DNA from: Macrostomum hystrix
Lineage: Eukaryota; Animalia; Platyhelminthes
NCBI GenBank assembly: GCA_950097015.1
Contig: CATNEN010000038.1
Location: 5,704,001 to 5,768,000 of the forward strand
Reading direction: 5' to 3'
DNA: 64,000 bases
Position numbers and translations under genes: made by a program. Position 1 is the first letter of the stretch; the number at the start of each line of letters is the position of its first letter. The notes under the pieces were generated by a model. It ran no database searches and was not told the origin of the DNA. It saw nothing but the letters and a program-made list of their open reading frames with translations. Shown in pieces: positions 37,001 through 49,564 of this stretch.

Positions 37001-39456
37001 TCCTGATCTAATATTCGTTTTTAGTCCGAGTCGCAGCTTCGCCGCGACCTTGAGACCGCCCGGCACGATCGGGAAGGTCTGGGCCGCAGCCGTCAGGAGC
37101 AGGAAGCTGCGATGCACCAGCTCACCACTCGGGTGGCGGTATTGGAGCAGGAGCTCAAAGATAAAGACGCGCTGCTAGCCAGAACCAGCGACTTGCTGGA
37201 GACTGAGAAGGCCACGCGTCGCCGTTTGGAGGACGACCTGCAGGCCAGGCAACGAAGAGTGGATGGTCTCGAGCGCAAGCAGGTAAATCCAAGTGGAGTC
37301 TTTTGAGTCTCAAATTTTATCTTCTTTGGTAATCATCTTCTTAGACTCTTTACCTGGTGATACTTAAGTTCTCAGAGTTAAGCATCTCGCTAAAGTACAA
37401 TGATTCCAGTCGAGTCGTGTGTCGAATCCCGGACCTCGGGGTACCTGGGGGTATTTGAGTTCTCAAACTCTCATTGTCAATTTTTAATAAGAAAAAACTT
37501 TCTGTCATTGAAGGCTGCCACCCTGTCCGAGATGGAGAAAGGCAACGAAGTAATAAAAAAGCTGCAGACTGAGCTGCGTCAGCTAGTGAAGAAGCTGGAG
37601 TCTCGCAGCCAGCTAGCGATGAAGCAGGAGAAGGCGGTGTCGCGCCTGGAAGAAGAGCTGGCCGCAACTAGGGAACAGGCCAGGTCCGCTGAGCGACAGG
37701 CGCAGCAGAAGACGGACGAAATCGCTGAGCTGAAGGTTCTCGGGGGCTCACTTGATGGTGTCTAACAGGTGTCTAACTGGTTTAGATAGTGTCCAGCAGG
37801 TGTCTAGCAGTTCTAGATAGTGTCTAACAGGTCTGGATGGTGCCTAACAGCTCTAGATACTGTCTATCAGGTCTAGAGCGTGTCTAACAGGTCTTGATAA
37901 AGTCTTACAGGTCTAGATAAGGTCTAACTGGTCTAGATAAGGTCTAATAGGTCTAGAAAGTGTCTAACAGGTCTAGATAAGGTCTAATAGGTCTAGATAA
38001 GGTCTAATAGGTCTAGAAAGTGTCTAACAGCTCTAGATAAGGTCTAATAGGTCTAGATAAGGTCTAACTGGTCTAGATAAGGTCTAATAGGTTTTAGAAA
38101 GTGTCTAACAGGTCTAGATAAGGTCTAATAAGTTTTAGAAAGTGTCTAACAGGTCTAGATAAGGTCTAATAGGTCTAGATAAGGTCTAACTGGTCTAGAT
38201 AAGGTCTAATAGGTCTAGAAAGTGTCTAACAGGTCTAGATAAGATCTAATAGGTCTAGAAAGTGTAGATAAGGTCTAGATAACTGGTCTAGATAAGGTCT
38301 AATAGGTCTAGAAAGTGTCTAACAGGTCTAGATAAGGTCTAATAGGTCTTAAGGTCTAACAGGTCTAGAAAGTGTCTAACAGGTCTAGAAAGTGTCTAAC
38401 AGGTCTAGATAAGGTCTAACAGGTCTAGATAAGGTCTAACAGGTCTAGATAAGGTCTAACAGGTCTAGATAAGGTCTAACAGGTCTAGATAAGGTCTAAC
38501 AGGTCTAGATAAGGTCTAACAGGTCTAGATAAGGTCTAACAGGTCTAGATAAGGTCTAACAGGTCTAGATAAGGTCAATAGGTCTAGAAAGTGTCTAACA
38601 GGTCTAGATAAGGTCTAACAGGTCTAGATAAGGTCAATAGGTCTAGAAAGTGTCTAACAGGTCTAGATAAGGTCTAATAGGTCAATAGGTCTAGAAAGTG
38701 TCTAACTGGTCTAGAAAGTGTCTAACAGGTCTAGATAAGGTCTAACAGGTCTAATAGTTATAGAATGTGTCTTACACTAGACTTCCTCTAGGTAGCATCG
38801 CTCACCAGGTCTAGATAAGGTCTAACAGGTCTAGAAAGTGTCTAACAGGTCTAGATAAGGTCTAACAGGCCTTGTGTCTAACATATTTAAATCGTGTCTA
38901 ACAGGTGTCGATCATGTCTAGTGGGTTCGGATCTATCCAGTTCAGATAGCGTCCCCAGACTGGCTGATCATATCAAACAGTTCATCAACCCCCTGACTGC
39001 ACCCAGGATCAGCTGTCCGGCCTTCAAAAGAAGCTGGAGGAGAGCAAGCAGCTCCTTCGCTCTAACGACAATGTCATCCAGTGGCTCAACAAGCAGATCA
39101 ACGAGTCTCAGGCCCGCGCAGCCGTCTCTTCCGCCACCGGCGTCGGCCAGCTCGGCACCAAGAAGTTTGAGCACGCCGTCCCTGCCGCCCTGCAGAGCTA
39201 CCGGCCCGCTGCGCCGCCTTCTTCGGCTTCGGCGATGGCTACGGCGACGGCTACGGCAACGGCTACGGCAACAACAACGGCTATCGGTATCAGCCACCTG
39301 CCGGGCCCAGTTGGCCTGGATGCCAAGTACCTGCAACGCACCGCCGCGGCCGCTTCCTCCGCCGCTTCCGCTCTGCCCAGCAGCCGAACAGCAGCCGTGA
39401 CCAGCGCCGGTCAAATGTCGCTCACCAGTGCCTACTTCCCAGGCGCTGTTAAGTAG
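31003..39456 (+). CDS. SASS6: Spindle assembly abnormal protein 6 (centriole cartwheel); exons 31003-31206, 32561-32667, 35744-36089, 36437-36637, 37025-37282, 37514-37735, 39007-39456; ~595 aa
   Basis: Head domain [23 protein letters not shown]|[30 protein letters not shown]. Long coiled coil with [11 protein letters not shown] and [18 protein letters not shown]. All junctions are GT-AG and frame-consistent. Confidence 0.95.
31410..32135. repeat. 22-23 bp minisatellite with higher-order structure (GGGAATTCCCAGATCCTCAACC-type), SAS-6 intron 1
   Basis: Tandem array. Confidence 0.9.
32883..34047. repeat. 23-bp minisatellite (GGTTAGTACACTGGGGTTTCTTT)n, SAS-6 intron 2
   Basis: Tandem array. Confidence 0.96.
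34458..35472. repeat. 22-bp minisatellite (ATTGAGGATCTGGGATTCCTTT)n, SAS-6 intron 2
   Basis: Tandem array; its reverse complement shares GGAATCCCAGATCCTCAA with the intron-1 array. Confidence 0.95.
36661..36975. repeat. 21-23 bp minisatellite (CAAGCTGTCTAACACTAGACTCA)n, SAS-6 intron 4
   Basis: Tandem array. Confidence 0.94.
37758..38905. repeat. 20-bp minisatellite (AGGTCTAGATAAGGTCTAAC)n, SAS-6 intron 6
   Basis: Tandem array. Confidence 0.95.
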
Positions 39457-40052
39457 TGCGGTGCGCATGTTAGATTCATTGAATTTCTCTGAATGCCTTA
39501 CTGCGGCTAATTGAAATTGGGTTTTCTATCTTGCTTTCTTAGTAATTTCTTTTCCCTGTTTCTTAAAGGCCGCAATCATTCTTGTATAAGCAGTACAACT
39601 TTTATTTACCATATCGCACAATTAGACATCTTGCGTGGCATTTTCTCGGTTAATTAACTGACGTTAATTACAAAAAGCAACAATTTTTTTGTATTCCAAA
39701 ATTTTTATTTGGGATCCGTCCTATGATTTATTAGTGCGAGAAAATAGGTGTGTTATTTTAAATTCCATGAAAAAATCCCTGCCAGGTGCATTTTTATTAA
39801 CTTGATAAATTTCTCATTCCTACAGACTAAATTTGCTCTGCTGCGCTGACTGTAACCTGTGTAATATGCCCAGTCATTGTTTAATCAGCAGGATTGATAT
39901 TGTCGACTAACAGGTCTAGCCTGTTCATTCATCTTAAATTACATGTACAGTTTTAGCCTTTCTTGGTGCAAAAATTGCCATTTGTCAATCGGTGTCCATT
40001 GTGATTTCAGTTGTAGACTCGATTAGATTTTATTTTCAGTTCTCCAAGAAAT

Positions 40053-42045
40053 ATAAAGCTTCAGGACGAAAACTTCAGGAAGGTCAAACTTCAATCTTTA
40101 GCATCATGAAAGCTTCAGGACAAAAATTTCAGGAAGGTCAAACTTCAATCTTTAGCATCATGAAAGCTTCAGGACAAAAACTTCAGGAAGGTCAAACTTC
40201 AATCTTTAACACCATGAAAGCTTCAAGACAAAAACTTCAGGAAGGTCAAACTTCAATCTTTAACATCATGAAAGCTTCAAGACAAAAACTTCAGGAAGGT
40301 CAAACTTCAATCTTTAACACCATGAAAGCTTCAAGACAAAAACTTCAGGAAGGTCAAACTTCAATCTTTAACATCATGAAAGCTTCAGGACAAAAACTTC
40401 AGGAAGGTCAAACTTCAATCTTTAGCATCATGAAAGCTTCAGGACGAAAACTTCAGGAAGGTCAAACTTCAATCTTTAGCATCATAAAATCTTCAGGACA
40501 AAAACTTCAGGAAGGTCAAACTTCAATCTTTAGCATCATGAAAGCTTCAGGACAAAAATTTCAGGAAGGTCAAACTTCAATCTTTAGCATCATAAAAGCT
40601 TCAAGACAAAAACTTCAGGAAGGTCAAACTTCAATCTTTAGCATCATGAAAGCTTCAGGACAAAAACTTCAGGAAGGTCAAACTTCAATCTTTAACATCA
40701 TGAAAGCTTCAGGACAAAAATTTCAGGAAGGTCAAACTTCAATCTTTAGCATCATAAAAGCTTCAAGACAAAAACTTCAGGAAGGTCAAACTTCAATCTT
40801 TAGCATCATGAAAGCTTCAGGACAAAAACTTCAGGAAGGTCAAACTTGAATCTTTAGCATCATAAAAGCTTCAGGACAAAAACTTCAGGAAGGTCAAACT
40901 TCAATCTTTAACACCATGAAAGCTTCAAGACAAAAACTTCAGGAAGGTCAAACTTCATTCTTTAACATCATAAAAGCTCCAGGACAAAAACTTCAGGAAG
41001 GTCAAACTTCAATCTTTAACACCATGAAAGCTTCAAGACAAAAACTTCAGGAAGGTCAAACTTCAATCTTTAGCATCATGAAAGCTTCAGGACAAAAACT
41101 TCAGGAAGGTCAAACTTGAATCTTTAGCATCATAAAAGCTTCAGGACAAAAACTTCAGGAAGGTCAAACTTCAATCTTTAACACCATGAAAGCTTCAAGA
41201 CAAAAACTTCAGGAAGGTCAAACTTCATTCTTTAACATCATGAAAGCTTCAGGACAAAAACTTCAGGAAGGTCAAACTTCAATCTTTAACACCATGAAAG
41301 CTTCAGGACGAAACTTCAGGAAGGTCAAACTTCAATCTTTAGCATCATGAAAGCTTCAGGACGAAAACTTCAGGAAGGTCAAACTTCAATCTTTAGCATC
41401 ATGAAAGCTTCAGGACGAAAACTTCAGGAAGGTCAAACTTCAATCTTTAGCATCATGAAAGCTTCAGGACAAAAACTTCAGGAAGGTCAAACTTGAATCT
41501 TTAGCATCATAAAAGCTTCAAGACAAAAACTTCAGGAAGGTCAAACTTCAATCTTTAACACCATGAAAGCTTCAAGACAAAAACTTCAGGAAGGTCAAAC
41601 TTCATTCTTTAACATCATGAAAGCTTCAGGACAAAAACTTCAGGAAGGTCAAACTTCAATCTTTAACACCATGAAAGCTTCAGGACGAAACTTCAGGAAG
41701 GTCAAACTTCAATCTTTAGCATCATGAAAGCTTCAGGACGAAAACTTCAGGAAGGTCAAACTTCAATCTTTAACACCATGAAAGCTTCAGGACGAAAGCT
41801 TCAGGAAGGTCAAACTTCAATCTTTAGCATCATGAAAGCTTCAGGACGAAAACTTCAGGAAGGTCAAACTTCAATCTTTAGCATCATGAAAGCTTCAGGA
41901 CGAAAACTTCAGGAAGGTCAAACTTCAATGTTTAACACCATGAAAGCTTCAGGACGAAAACTTCAGGAAGGTCAAACTTCAATCTTTAACACCATGAAAG
42001 CTTCAGGACGAAAACTTCAGGAAGGTCAAACTTCAATCTTTAACA
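40053..42045. repeat. 54-bp minisatellite (ATGAAAGCTTCAGGACAAAAACTTCAGGAAGGTCAAACTTCAATCTTTAGCATC)n
   Basis: About 2 kb array between SAS-6 and the NTPDase gene; its ORFs are repeat read-through. Confidence 0.96.
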
Positions 42046-42481
42046 GAAGTATAAAACTATAGAAACTGAAATTCACAAACTTCCAATCTCTGGTGTCCTG
42101 AACCTTCAGGAAAACTTTAAGTCCGGGATTAAGCTTTAACCTCAGACGTCAGAAGCTTCAGGACATCAGGATAACATCATTCGAAAAACTTTTCAGACGG
42201 AAAACGAATTCTGAAAATCAAGCCAAGGCTTCTGAATTTTCATGCCAAAAATATTTTAGAAAGTAAATACCTACCTACAGTTTAGTACAGAGAAACCTAC
42301 ATCTAATTTAAGCTATATTAGAGAATTTTAAAGTTCAGAGCACAAAACCCTAAAAAAAACTTAATTTGCACATTTTTCAGCGCGGTCTCCTGCCTACCTG
42401 AGCCATCCGAGTTGCTCCACTGCCGGACTGCCGGTGATCGAAACTCAGGAAACTGACCGCAGTCTCTGGCCGGAATAAGCT

Positions 42482-42510
42482 ATGACGGCGCAATTGTTTT
42501 TGGTGCCATC

Positions 42511-42542
<32 letters not shown>

Positions 42543-44546
42543 CGTTACCCCAGACTGCGGCGCACAGCCGCCTTGGAAGCCGGTCAGTGCACCTGTTCGC
42601 ATTCCGGCCGGACCTCGGCCCACCCGAGGGCGAGCCCCGCTACGGCGTCATGATCGACGCTGGCAGCACCGGCTCTCGGGTGCACGTCTTCCACTTTGCC
42701 TACAGCCAGCGAAGGGCCACCGGCCAGCCGCCGTACCTGCTGGCCAGCGAGTCCTACTTGCAGGTCAGCCCTGCTGATAGCCTTGGCCCCGTCCAGAAAC
42801 TTCAGGACAACTGTTTTACCAATCTATAGACTCGAGTATTCCCAATCTATGCAGTAGATTGATTTCTAATCTATATATATCTCCCAATCCATAGACTAGA
42901 GTATTCCCAATCCATAGACTAGAGTATTCCTCATGACCACAGTGATGTTACCTTTAAAATCCCATCTGACCTGGCGCAGGTGAAGCCCGGGCTGTCCGCC
43001 TACTCAGGCGAGCCTGCCAAAGGCGCCCTCAGCCTGATGGCCCTCCTCGAGCTTTGCAAGTCTCGGGTGCCTTCTGACCTGTGGTCGCGCACCCCAGTGG
43101 TTGTCATGGCAACCGCCGGTCTCCGCTTGCTCAGCTCCAACGAGTCCAACGGCCTGCTGCGCGAGGTTCGCAGCCTGCTCTCCGGCGAGCCCTTCCCAGT
43201 TAGCGCCGTTGAAGTTCTCGACGGCCTCGACGAGGGCGTTTTCAGCTGGCTGACCGTCAACTTCCTTGCCGCTGGTCGCCTTGTCCAATCCGCCGCCGAC
43301 GCCGCCGCCGGTGTCGGAGACTCCTTGGAAGCTGGCGGCACCGAGAGCTTCGGCGCCCTGGACCTTGGCGGAGGCTCCGCGCAGATTACCTTTGCCCCGA
43401 CTGACCCGGATCACGAAGGCGCGCCCGATGGTCAGTGCCAGTTTTTGCACCTTTTTTAACTGCTTTCAGGCCGGGATCAGTACAGCTGACACCACTTCAG
43501 GACAAATGTCAGCTCGTCTGTACAACAGGCAACCTCTTCTGTACAACAGACAAGTCCTTCTGTACAACAGACAAGTCCTTCTGTACAACAGACAAGTCCT
43601 TCTGTACAACAGACAGTCCTTCTGTACAACAGACAAGTCTTTCTGTACAACAGACAGTCCTTCTGTACAACAGACAAGTCCTTCTGTACAACAGACAGTC
43701 CTTCTGTACAACAGGCAAGACCTTCTGTACAACAGACAGTCCTGTACAACACACAAGTCCTTCTGTACAACAGACAGCCCCTCTATAAAGCAGAAAGTTC
43801 CTTATGTACAACAGACAACAGTTTTTTGTACCACAGAGAGCTCCTCTGTACTTCAGACGCATTTACTGTACATTTACCTTTTTGTCAGCGGACACCACTT
43901 CCCAATAGCAGAGACACCCCGCTAACCTCCTGCAGGCCACCTAAAGCGCCTGTCCCTCGGCCCGGCCTCCGTGTGGCTCTACTCGCACAGCTACCTGGGC
44001 GTCGGCCTCATGGCTGCCCGACTGCGCATCCTCGGCGGCGACTTCGAGGCCCGCAGCCCGGCCTGCCTGCTGTCGCCCTGCCTGCCGCCCGGCTACTCGG
44101 GCCGCTGGCGGCATCACGGAGCCGTGCACACGGTGGCGGGAACCTCATACGGCTACGGCTACGCGGCATGTCACGCCGCCGCCGCCCGCTTTCTCCGCTC
44201 CGCTGGAGTCCACGCGCCGGCCGGCCTGCGCAGCCGGAGCTTCTTCGCATTCGGCTACTTCTACGACCGCGCCGCCGACGCCGGCCTCATCAACGCCAGG
44301 CTGGGCGGCTCGGCCACTCTGGCCGACTTTCAAAGCGTCGCCAGGCGTCACTGCGCCCTGGCCGCGTTCGAGCGGGCGAGGCCCTACCTGTGCCTGGACC
44401 TGGCCTACATTGCCGCTCTGCTGGGACCCGACGGCTTCGGCTTCCAGCCCGTGGACAGGCTGGTGCTTCGCAATCGGTACAGGGACATTGAGCTCAGCTG
44501 GGCTCTCGGTGCAATGTTCGACATTTTGCACGGCTCCTACAGCTAG
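42482..44546 (+). CDS. ENTPD5: Ectonucleoside triphosphate diphosphohydrolase 5/6-like (GDA1/CD39 family); exons 42482-42763, 42980-43430, 43936-44546; ~447 aa
   Basis: Apyrase conserved regions IDAGSTGSRVHVF, MATAGLRLL, DEGVFSWLTVNFL, GALDLGGGSAQITF, SWALG; also LYSHSYLG and YLCLDLAYI. N-terminal hydrophobic segment only, no C-terminal TM (NTPDase5/6 type; cannot distinguish 5 from 6). Confidence 0.92.
43518..43822. repeat. 20-21 bp minisatellite (TTCTGTACAACAGACAAGTCC)n, NTPDase intron 2
   Basis: Tandem array. Confidence 0.93.
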
Positions 44547-44764
44547 CTATGATTAATTAATTCTGTTATTGATTTTTTATTTCACATCCGTTTCATTAAA
44601 GATAATTTTTGCTTGGCTATCTTGCCACCAACACTCAGTGCCCACCTGCCACCCAATTGGTGTGCTTTGATTGGTGGACTTCACCGCACTGTTCACCTGA
44701 AAAAAAACGTTTGAACTACTACTTTTCCCGTCTACTTTTTCTACCCCCATCGTCGCTTTCAACC

Positions 44765-45660
44765 CCATAGTCTACCTAACTCACCATAGTCTAGCTTTTC
44801 TCCTCACAGTCTAGCTTTTCTCCCAACAGTCTAGCTTTTCTCCCCATAGTCTAGCTTTTCTCCCCACAGTCTAGCTTTTCTCCCCACAGTCTAGCTTTTC
44901 TCCCCACAGTCTAGCTTTTCTCCCCACAGTCTAGCTTTTCTCCCCACAGTCTAGCTTTTCTCCCAACAGTCTAGCTTTTCTCCCAACAGTCTAGCTTTTC
45001 TCCCCACAGTCTAGCTTTTCTCCTCACAGTCTAGCTTTTCTCCCCATAGTCTAGCTTTTCTCCCCACAGTCTAGCTTTTCTCCCCACAGTCTAGCTTTTC
45101 TCCCAACAGTCTAGCTTTTCTCCCCACAGTCTAGCTTTTCTCCCCATAGTCTAGCTTTTCTCCCCATAGTCTAGCTTTTCTCCCCATAGTCTAGCTTTTC
45201 TCCCCATAGTCTAGCTTTTCTCCCCACAGTCTAGCTTTTCTCCCCATAGTCTAGCTTTTCTCCCCATAGTCTAGCTTTTCTCCCCATAGTCTAGCTTTTC
45301 TCCCCATAGTCTAGCTTTTCTCCCCACAGTCTAGTTTTTCTCCCAACAGTCTACCCCCTCTACTCATAATCTACCCTTTCTCCCCATAGTCTACCCTTTC
45401 TCCCCATAGTCTACCCTAACTCCCCATAGTCTGCCCTCTCTACTCATAGTCTACCCTCTCTACCCATAGTCTCCCCTAACTCCCCATAGTCTCCCCTAAC
45501 TCCCCATAGTCTCCCCTAACTCCCCATAGTCTCCCCTAACTCCCCATAGTCTCCCCTAACTCCCCATAGTCTCCCCTAACTCCCCATAGTCTCCCCTAAC
45601 TCCCCATAGTCTCCCCTAACTCCCCATAGTCTGCCCTCTCTACTTATATTCTACCCCTCT
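44765..45660. repeat. 20-bp minisatellite (AGTCTAGCTTTTCTCCCCAC)n grading into (AGTCTCCCCTAACTCCCCAT)n
   Basis: Tandem array with exact 20-bp period. Confidence 0.96.
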
Positions 45661-46559
45661 TCCCATAAACTTGCCTTTCCATCTCTCGTCTGAATATCGA
45701 TTTAATATGGAAGCCCTTATCGGCATTTTTCTACCCCTCGCTCACCTACTCAAGCCCTTATCTACCAGGGCAGCCTATCTACCCATCCAGCTGTATTCTA
45801 CCCCTTCCCAGTTAATATTCACTGTAAACAATTATTGCTCGTAGATGGCCAGCTAGCCAATAATTTCATCTAAAAGTGAAAAAAAAATTAATTAGTCCGT
45901 CTAGAAGACGCAGTTTTTGTTGTGCGACAGCAGTGAAATTTCGCAAATCAGTGCCTTCCTTCTAGATAGTTATTGTTGAATTTCTGCTAGAAACCCCATT
46001 TCGCTTGCCGGGCGTTGCAGCAATCTTGGTTTTTATTATTTATTCATGTGTTTTGCTATCCCAGCATCTGATAGACTGCATTCAATTAACTGTTTTCTCT
46101 GTTATCGAATCTGGCAGTTTAGCATTGGATCAAACACTGGTTTTCTTTCCGTCTGTTTGCTTGCTGTTCTTGTCTGACCTTTAGTCACTGCATGCTTTAT
46201 AATATTTTCTCTATTTATTATTTATTCTCAGTCGCTCAAGTAAAGCTTTTGTTATCATTTTATTGCGTAACTCCTCTTGACAACTGACTGTTTTTGGGCA
46301 ATGAAATCGACCTCATGCTTGTCACCTTAAGCGTGCTTAAACTTCCTCAATATTTTTCAATAACTCTTTTACTTTACTGTCGGGTAGAGGGCAATGCACC
46401 GGCTTGCTAGTCTTCTGGTGATTCGCTTACCTGCAAATCTGCTGTTACTATGCACTTTCTCTGCTTAGTAACAACTGTTTGTGTGCCACGCTTCATTGCA
46501 TTAACTCACTGCTGCACTGGGTTCCGTCTCTGCTCTCTGGGCCTATTAAATTACCGCCC

Positions 46560-47418
46560 ACTTCTACCCCTGCCTAACCTTTCTACCCCAACTCCATACC
46601 CTTCCTAACCTTTCTACCCCAACTCCATACCCTTCCTAACCTTTCTACCTTTTCTACCCCAACTCCATACCCTTCCTAACCTTTCTACCCCAACTCCATA
46701 CCCTTCCTAACCTTTCTACCCCAACTCCATACCCTTCCTAAACCTTTCTACCCCAACTCCATACCCTTCCTAAACCTTTCTATCCCTTTCTACCACGACT
46801 CCATACCCTTCCTAACCTTTCTACCTTTTCTACCCCAACTCCATACCCTTCCTAACCTTTCTACCCCAACTCCATACCCTTCCTAACCTTTCTACCTTTT
46901 CTACCCCAACTCCATACCCTTCCTAACCTTTCTACCCCAACTCCATACCCTTCCTAAACCTTTCTATCCCTTTCTACCACGACTCCATACCCTTCCTAAC
47001 CTTTCTACCTTTTCTACCCCAACTCCATACCCTTCCTAACCTTTCTACCTTTTCTACCCCAACTCCATACCCTTCCTAACCTTTCTATCCCTTTCTTACC
47101 CCGATTCGAACCCCTTCTTACCCCGATTCGAACCCCTTCTTACCCATTTCTACTCCTGTCTACCCATTTCTACCCCTGCCTACCCATTTCTACCCCTGCC
47201 TACCCATTTCTACCCCTGCCTACCCATTTCTACTCCTGCCTACCCATTTCTACCCCATCCTACCCATTTCTACCCCAGCCTACCCATTTCTACCCCTGTC
47301 TACCCATTTCTACCCCTGCCTACCCATTTCTACCCCATCCTACTCATTTCTACCCCAGCCTACCCATTTCTACCCCATCCTACTCATTTCTACCCCTATC
47401 TACCCATTTCTACCCCTC
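46560..47418. repeat. Pyrimidine-rich minisatellites: ~31-bp (CCTTCCTAACCTTTCTACCCCAACTCCATAC) then 20-bp (TACCCATTTCTACCCCTGCC)
   Basis: Tandem arrays. Confidence 0.93.
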
Positions 47419-48037
47419 CCCAGTTGTGCTAAAGACTGTTGTTTCAGATAATATGAGTTTTTTTCGAGCTAGTTCAGTGCAGTATTTTTCCTCAGACTGT
47501 GAACCAAATTTCGAATTGCTAGCCCGGCCCGCAATAGCTGCAAAACAATTGACTGCCATGTCAGTTGAGCTGTATTCTGTGAGTCTGATGGATTTTAGTT
47601 TTATTATAAAAATTTTCCTGCGTTTTCCTCGGTTTCGCATGGACTTGACTATCGCCATATTTTTATGTTCTTATCCTACGGTAGAGAGATTTCTTTGCGT
47701 CTAAATTATTGCGCTTAACAGCTCTTAACTGCTCAGTGTCTCTATTTTCTCTGTCTGTGACTGGATCTATCGCGACTTAGCTGAAAAGTTTTTTTTGCTG
47801 CTTATACATTTATTTATTATTTAGTTGCTAATAAATCTTTGTTTTGCGCTTACATGTCGGTTGATAATCAAAATCAAGCCTTGAATATCATCTTATTACT
47901 TCTCTTGATCCTTTAAACGTGAACTTCAATGATAATTTCGAAAACGTATTGAAAATATATCTTAATACGTTTAGGCACATGGCTATAAAAATATTTTACA
48001 ATATAAAACTCTTGCAGTCACCCTTCATTCTCTTGCC

Positions 48038-48292
48038 AGCCAATCAGCGACGAGCAACACTTAATCTTATCTAGCCAATCAGCGACGAGCAACAATTAAT
48101 CTTATCTAGCCAATCAGCGACGAGGAACACTTAATCTTATCTAGCCAATCAGCGACAAGGAACACTTAATCTAATCTAGCCGATCAGCGACGAGCAACAT
48201 TTAATCTTATCTAACCAATCAGTGATGAGCCACACTTAATCTAATCCAGCCAATCAGCGACGAGGAACCCCTAACCTAATCCAGCCAATCAC
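48038..48292 (+). promoter_or_regulatory. Array of 8 CCAAT-box (AGCCAATCAG) units at 35-bp period, just upstream of the YccV-domain gene
   Basis: Units start at 48038, 48073, 48108, 48143, 48178 (CCGAT variant), 48213, 48248 and 48283. ATG at 48334. Promoter function is inferred. Confidence 0.55.
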
Positions 48293-48333
48293 TGACGGTT
48301 TTGGCGAGCTTCATCTAATCAAAAAATCCTAAA

Positions 48334-49290
48334 ATGTGGGACCTGCAGACGCGTCTCCTCCTACTGGCCCTCCTAGTTGCTGTGCCAGCCCAGCTGCTCT
48401 TTTCTCGCTTTATGACACCCGGCACTGAGCAGCAGCGAGTGGACGCCACCCAGCAGCTCGTGGACTCCGCGAAGAGCTGGCTGACTCACCTGAGCAGCCT
48501 GCCGTCCTCCTGGCAAAACCTGGATTGGGGCTGGCTATTCGACTTGAACAGCGAAGCTGAGCTCGCACTGTCTATGGGCGAGACTCCTGCGGCTGAAGTT
48601 GCGCAGGCGTTGGACCCGTCCAATCAAGGCTGGTTTGCCAGCTCCCTGCTCCCACGGCGGAGCCGTCCTGCTGGCTTGGCCTACCGGGTTGGCCAGGTCT
48701 GCTGCTGCACTTTTGTTGCCGACCACTTTCCGCCACATTATCTGCCCCCGTCTGCAGATTGTCCGCCACTTTCCCCGCTTCTGCAGATTTTCTGCCACCT
48801 CTTTCCGCCCCCTCTCCAGATTGTCAGCCACTTTCCGCCCCCTCTCTGCAGATTGTCAGCCACTTTCCGCCCCTCATCCGACCCCTCTTCTGATTGTCAG
48901 CCACTTTCCGCCCCTGATCCGCCCCCACTGCAGATTGTCAGCCACTCCCGCTTCGGCTACCGCTGCGTGGTGATTGGCTGGGATCCCAGGGGCTCCGCTC
49001 CCGACGACTTCCTGCGTCGCACTGCGCTCGCCGCTGCCGCAGCTTCTGAGGCTTCTCAAACAGCTAGCGAGGTCGGCGGTGCCATCTCCGACTCTGCCTG
49101 GTATCTGGTGCTGCTGGACGATCGCGACGGAGGCCCTGGTCGGGTGGCCTACCTGCCGCAGGCCAGCCTGACCTTCAGCCGTCTGCCAAACCAGCTTGTC
49201 AACCCTCACCTGGCCGAGTATTTCGCAGCCTTTGATGGTGCGCAGTACCTGCCAAGGCCGTGGCTCAAGAAGCTGTATCCATTGGACTGA
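48334..49290 (+). CDS. N-terminally anchored YccV/HspQ-like (hemimethylated-DNA-binding-like) domain protein; exons 48334-48696 and 48934-49290; ~239 aa
   Basis: Splicing joins YRVGQ|[17 protein letters not shown] (YccV signature), then [18 protein letters not shown] and [29 protein letters not shown]. Hydrophobic N-terminus. Confidence 0.85.
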   Translation: MWDLQTRLLLLALLVAVPAQLLFSRFMTPGTEQQRVDATQQLVDSAKSWLTHLSSLPSSWQNLDWGWLFDLNSEAELALSMGETPAAEVAQALDPSNQGWFASSLLPRRSRPAGLAYRVGQVCCCTFVADHFPPHYLPPSADCPPLSPLLQIFCHLFPPPLQIVSHFPPPLCRLSATFRPSSDPSSDCQPLSAPDPPPLQIVSHSRFGYRCVVIGWDPRGSAPDDFLRRTALAAAAASEASQTASEVGGAISDSAWYLVLLDDRDGGPGRVAYLPQASLTFSRLPNQLVNPHLAEYFAAFDGAQYLPRPWLKKLYPLD

Positions 49291-49564
49291 TTGAGCTCTG
49301 GTTATCAATTCCCGAAGTGCTTTGCCATCTAGTCAAACTGGACATTCTGGCTAATCCATGAGAGTACCGCTAAATGATGGGTTCTGCGTGCTAAAGTCTT
49401 TAATTGCTGATTTCATTCTTTCTTCAGAGTAAAAGTACATAATTTACTGTAAAATGTTAATTCCCTGCCTTAAAAATTGTCGTGGACAATATTCATGCAA
49501 ACAACTAGTATGCTTTGGGTTGCTTTCACTTTATTTTTTTGTGATAAGCCATTCTCCTGGAACT

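Noticed and set aside
39992-42062. ORFs of repeated MKASGQKLQEGQTSIFSI
   Set aside because: Read-through of a 54-bp minisatellite, broken by stops and frameshifts; no unique domain.
46380-46412. Helitron-like 3' end (GCAATGCACCGGCTTGCTAGT)
   Set aside because: Weak hairpin, no matching 5' end or second copy.
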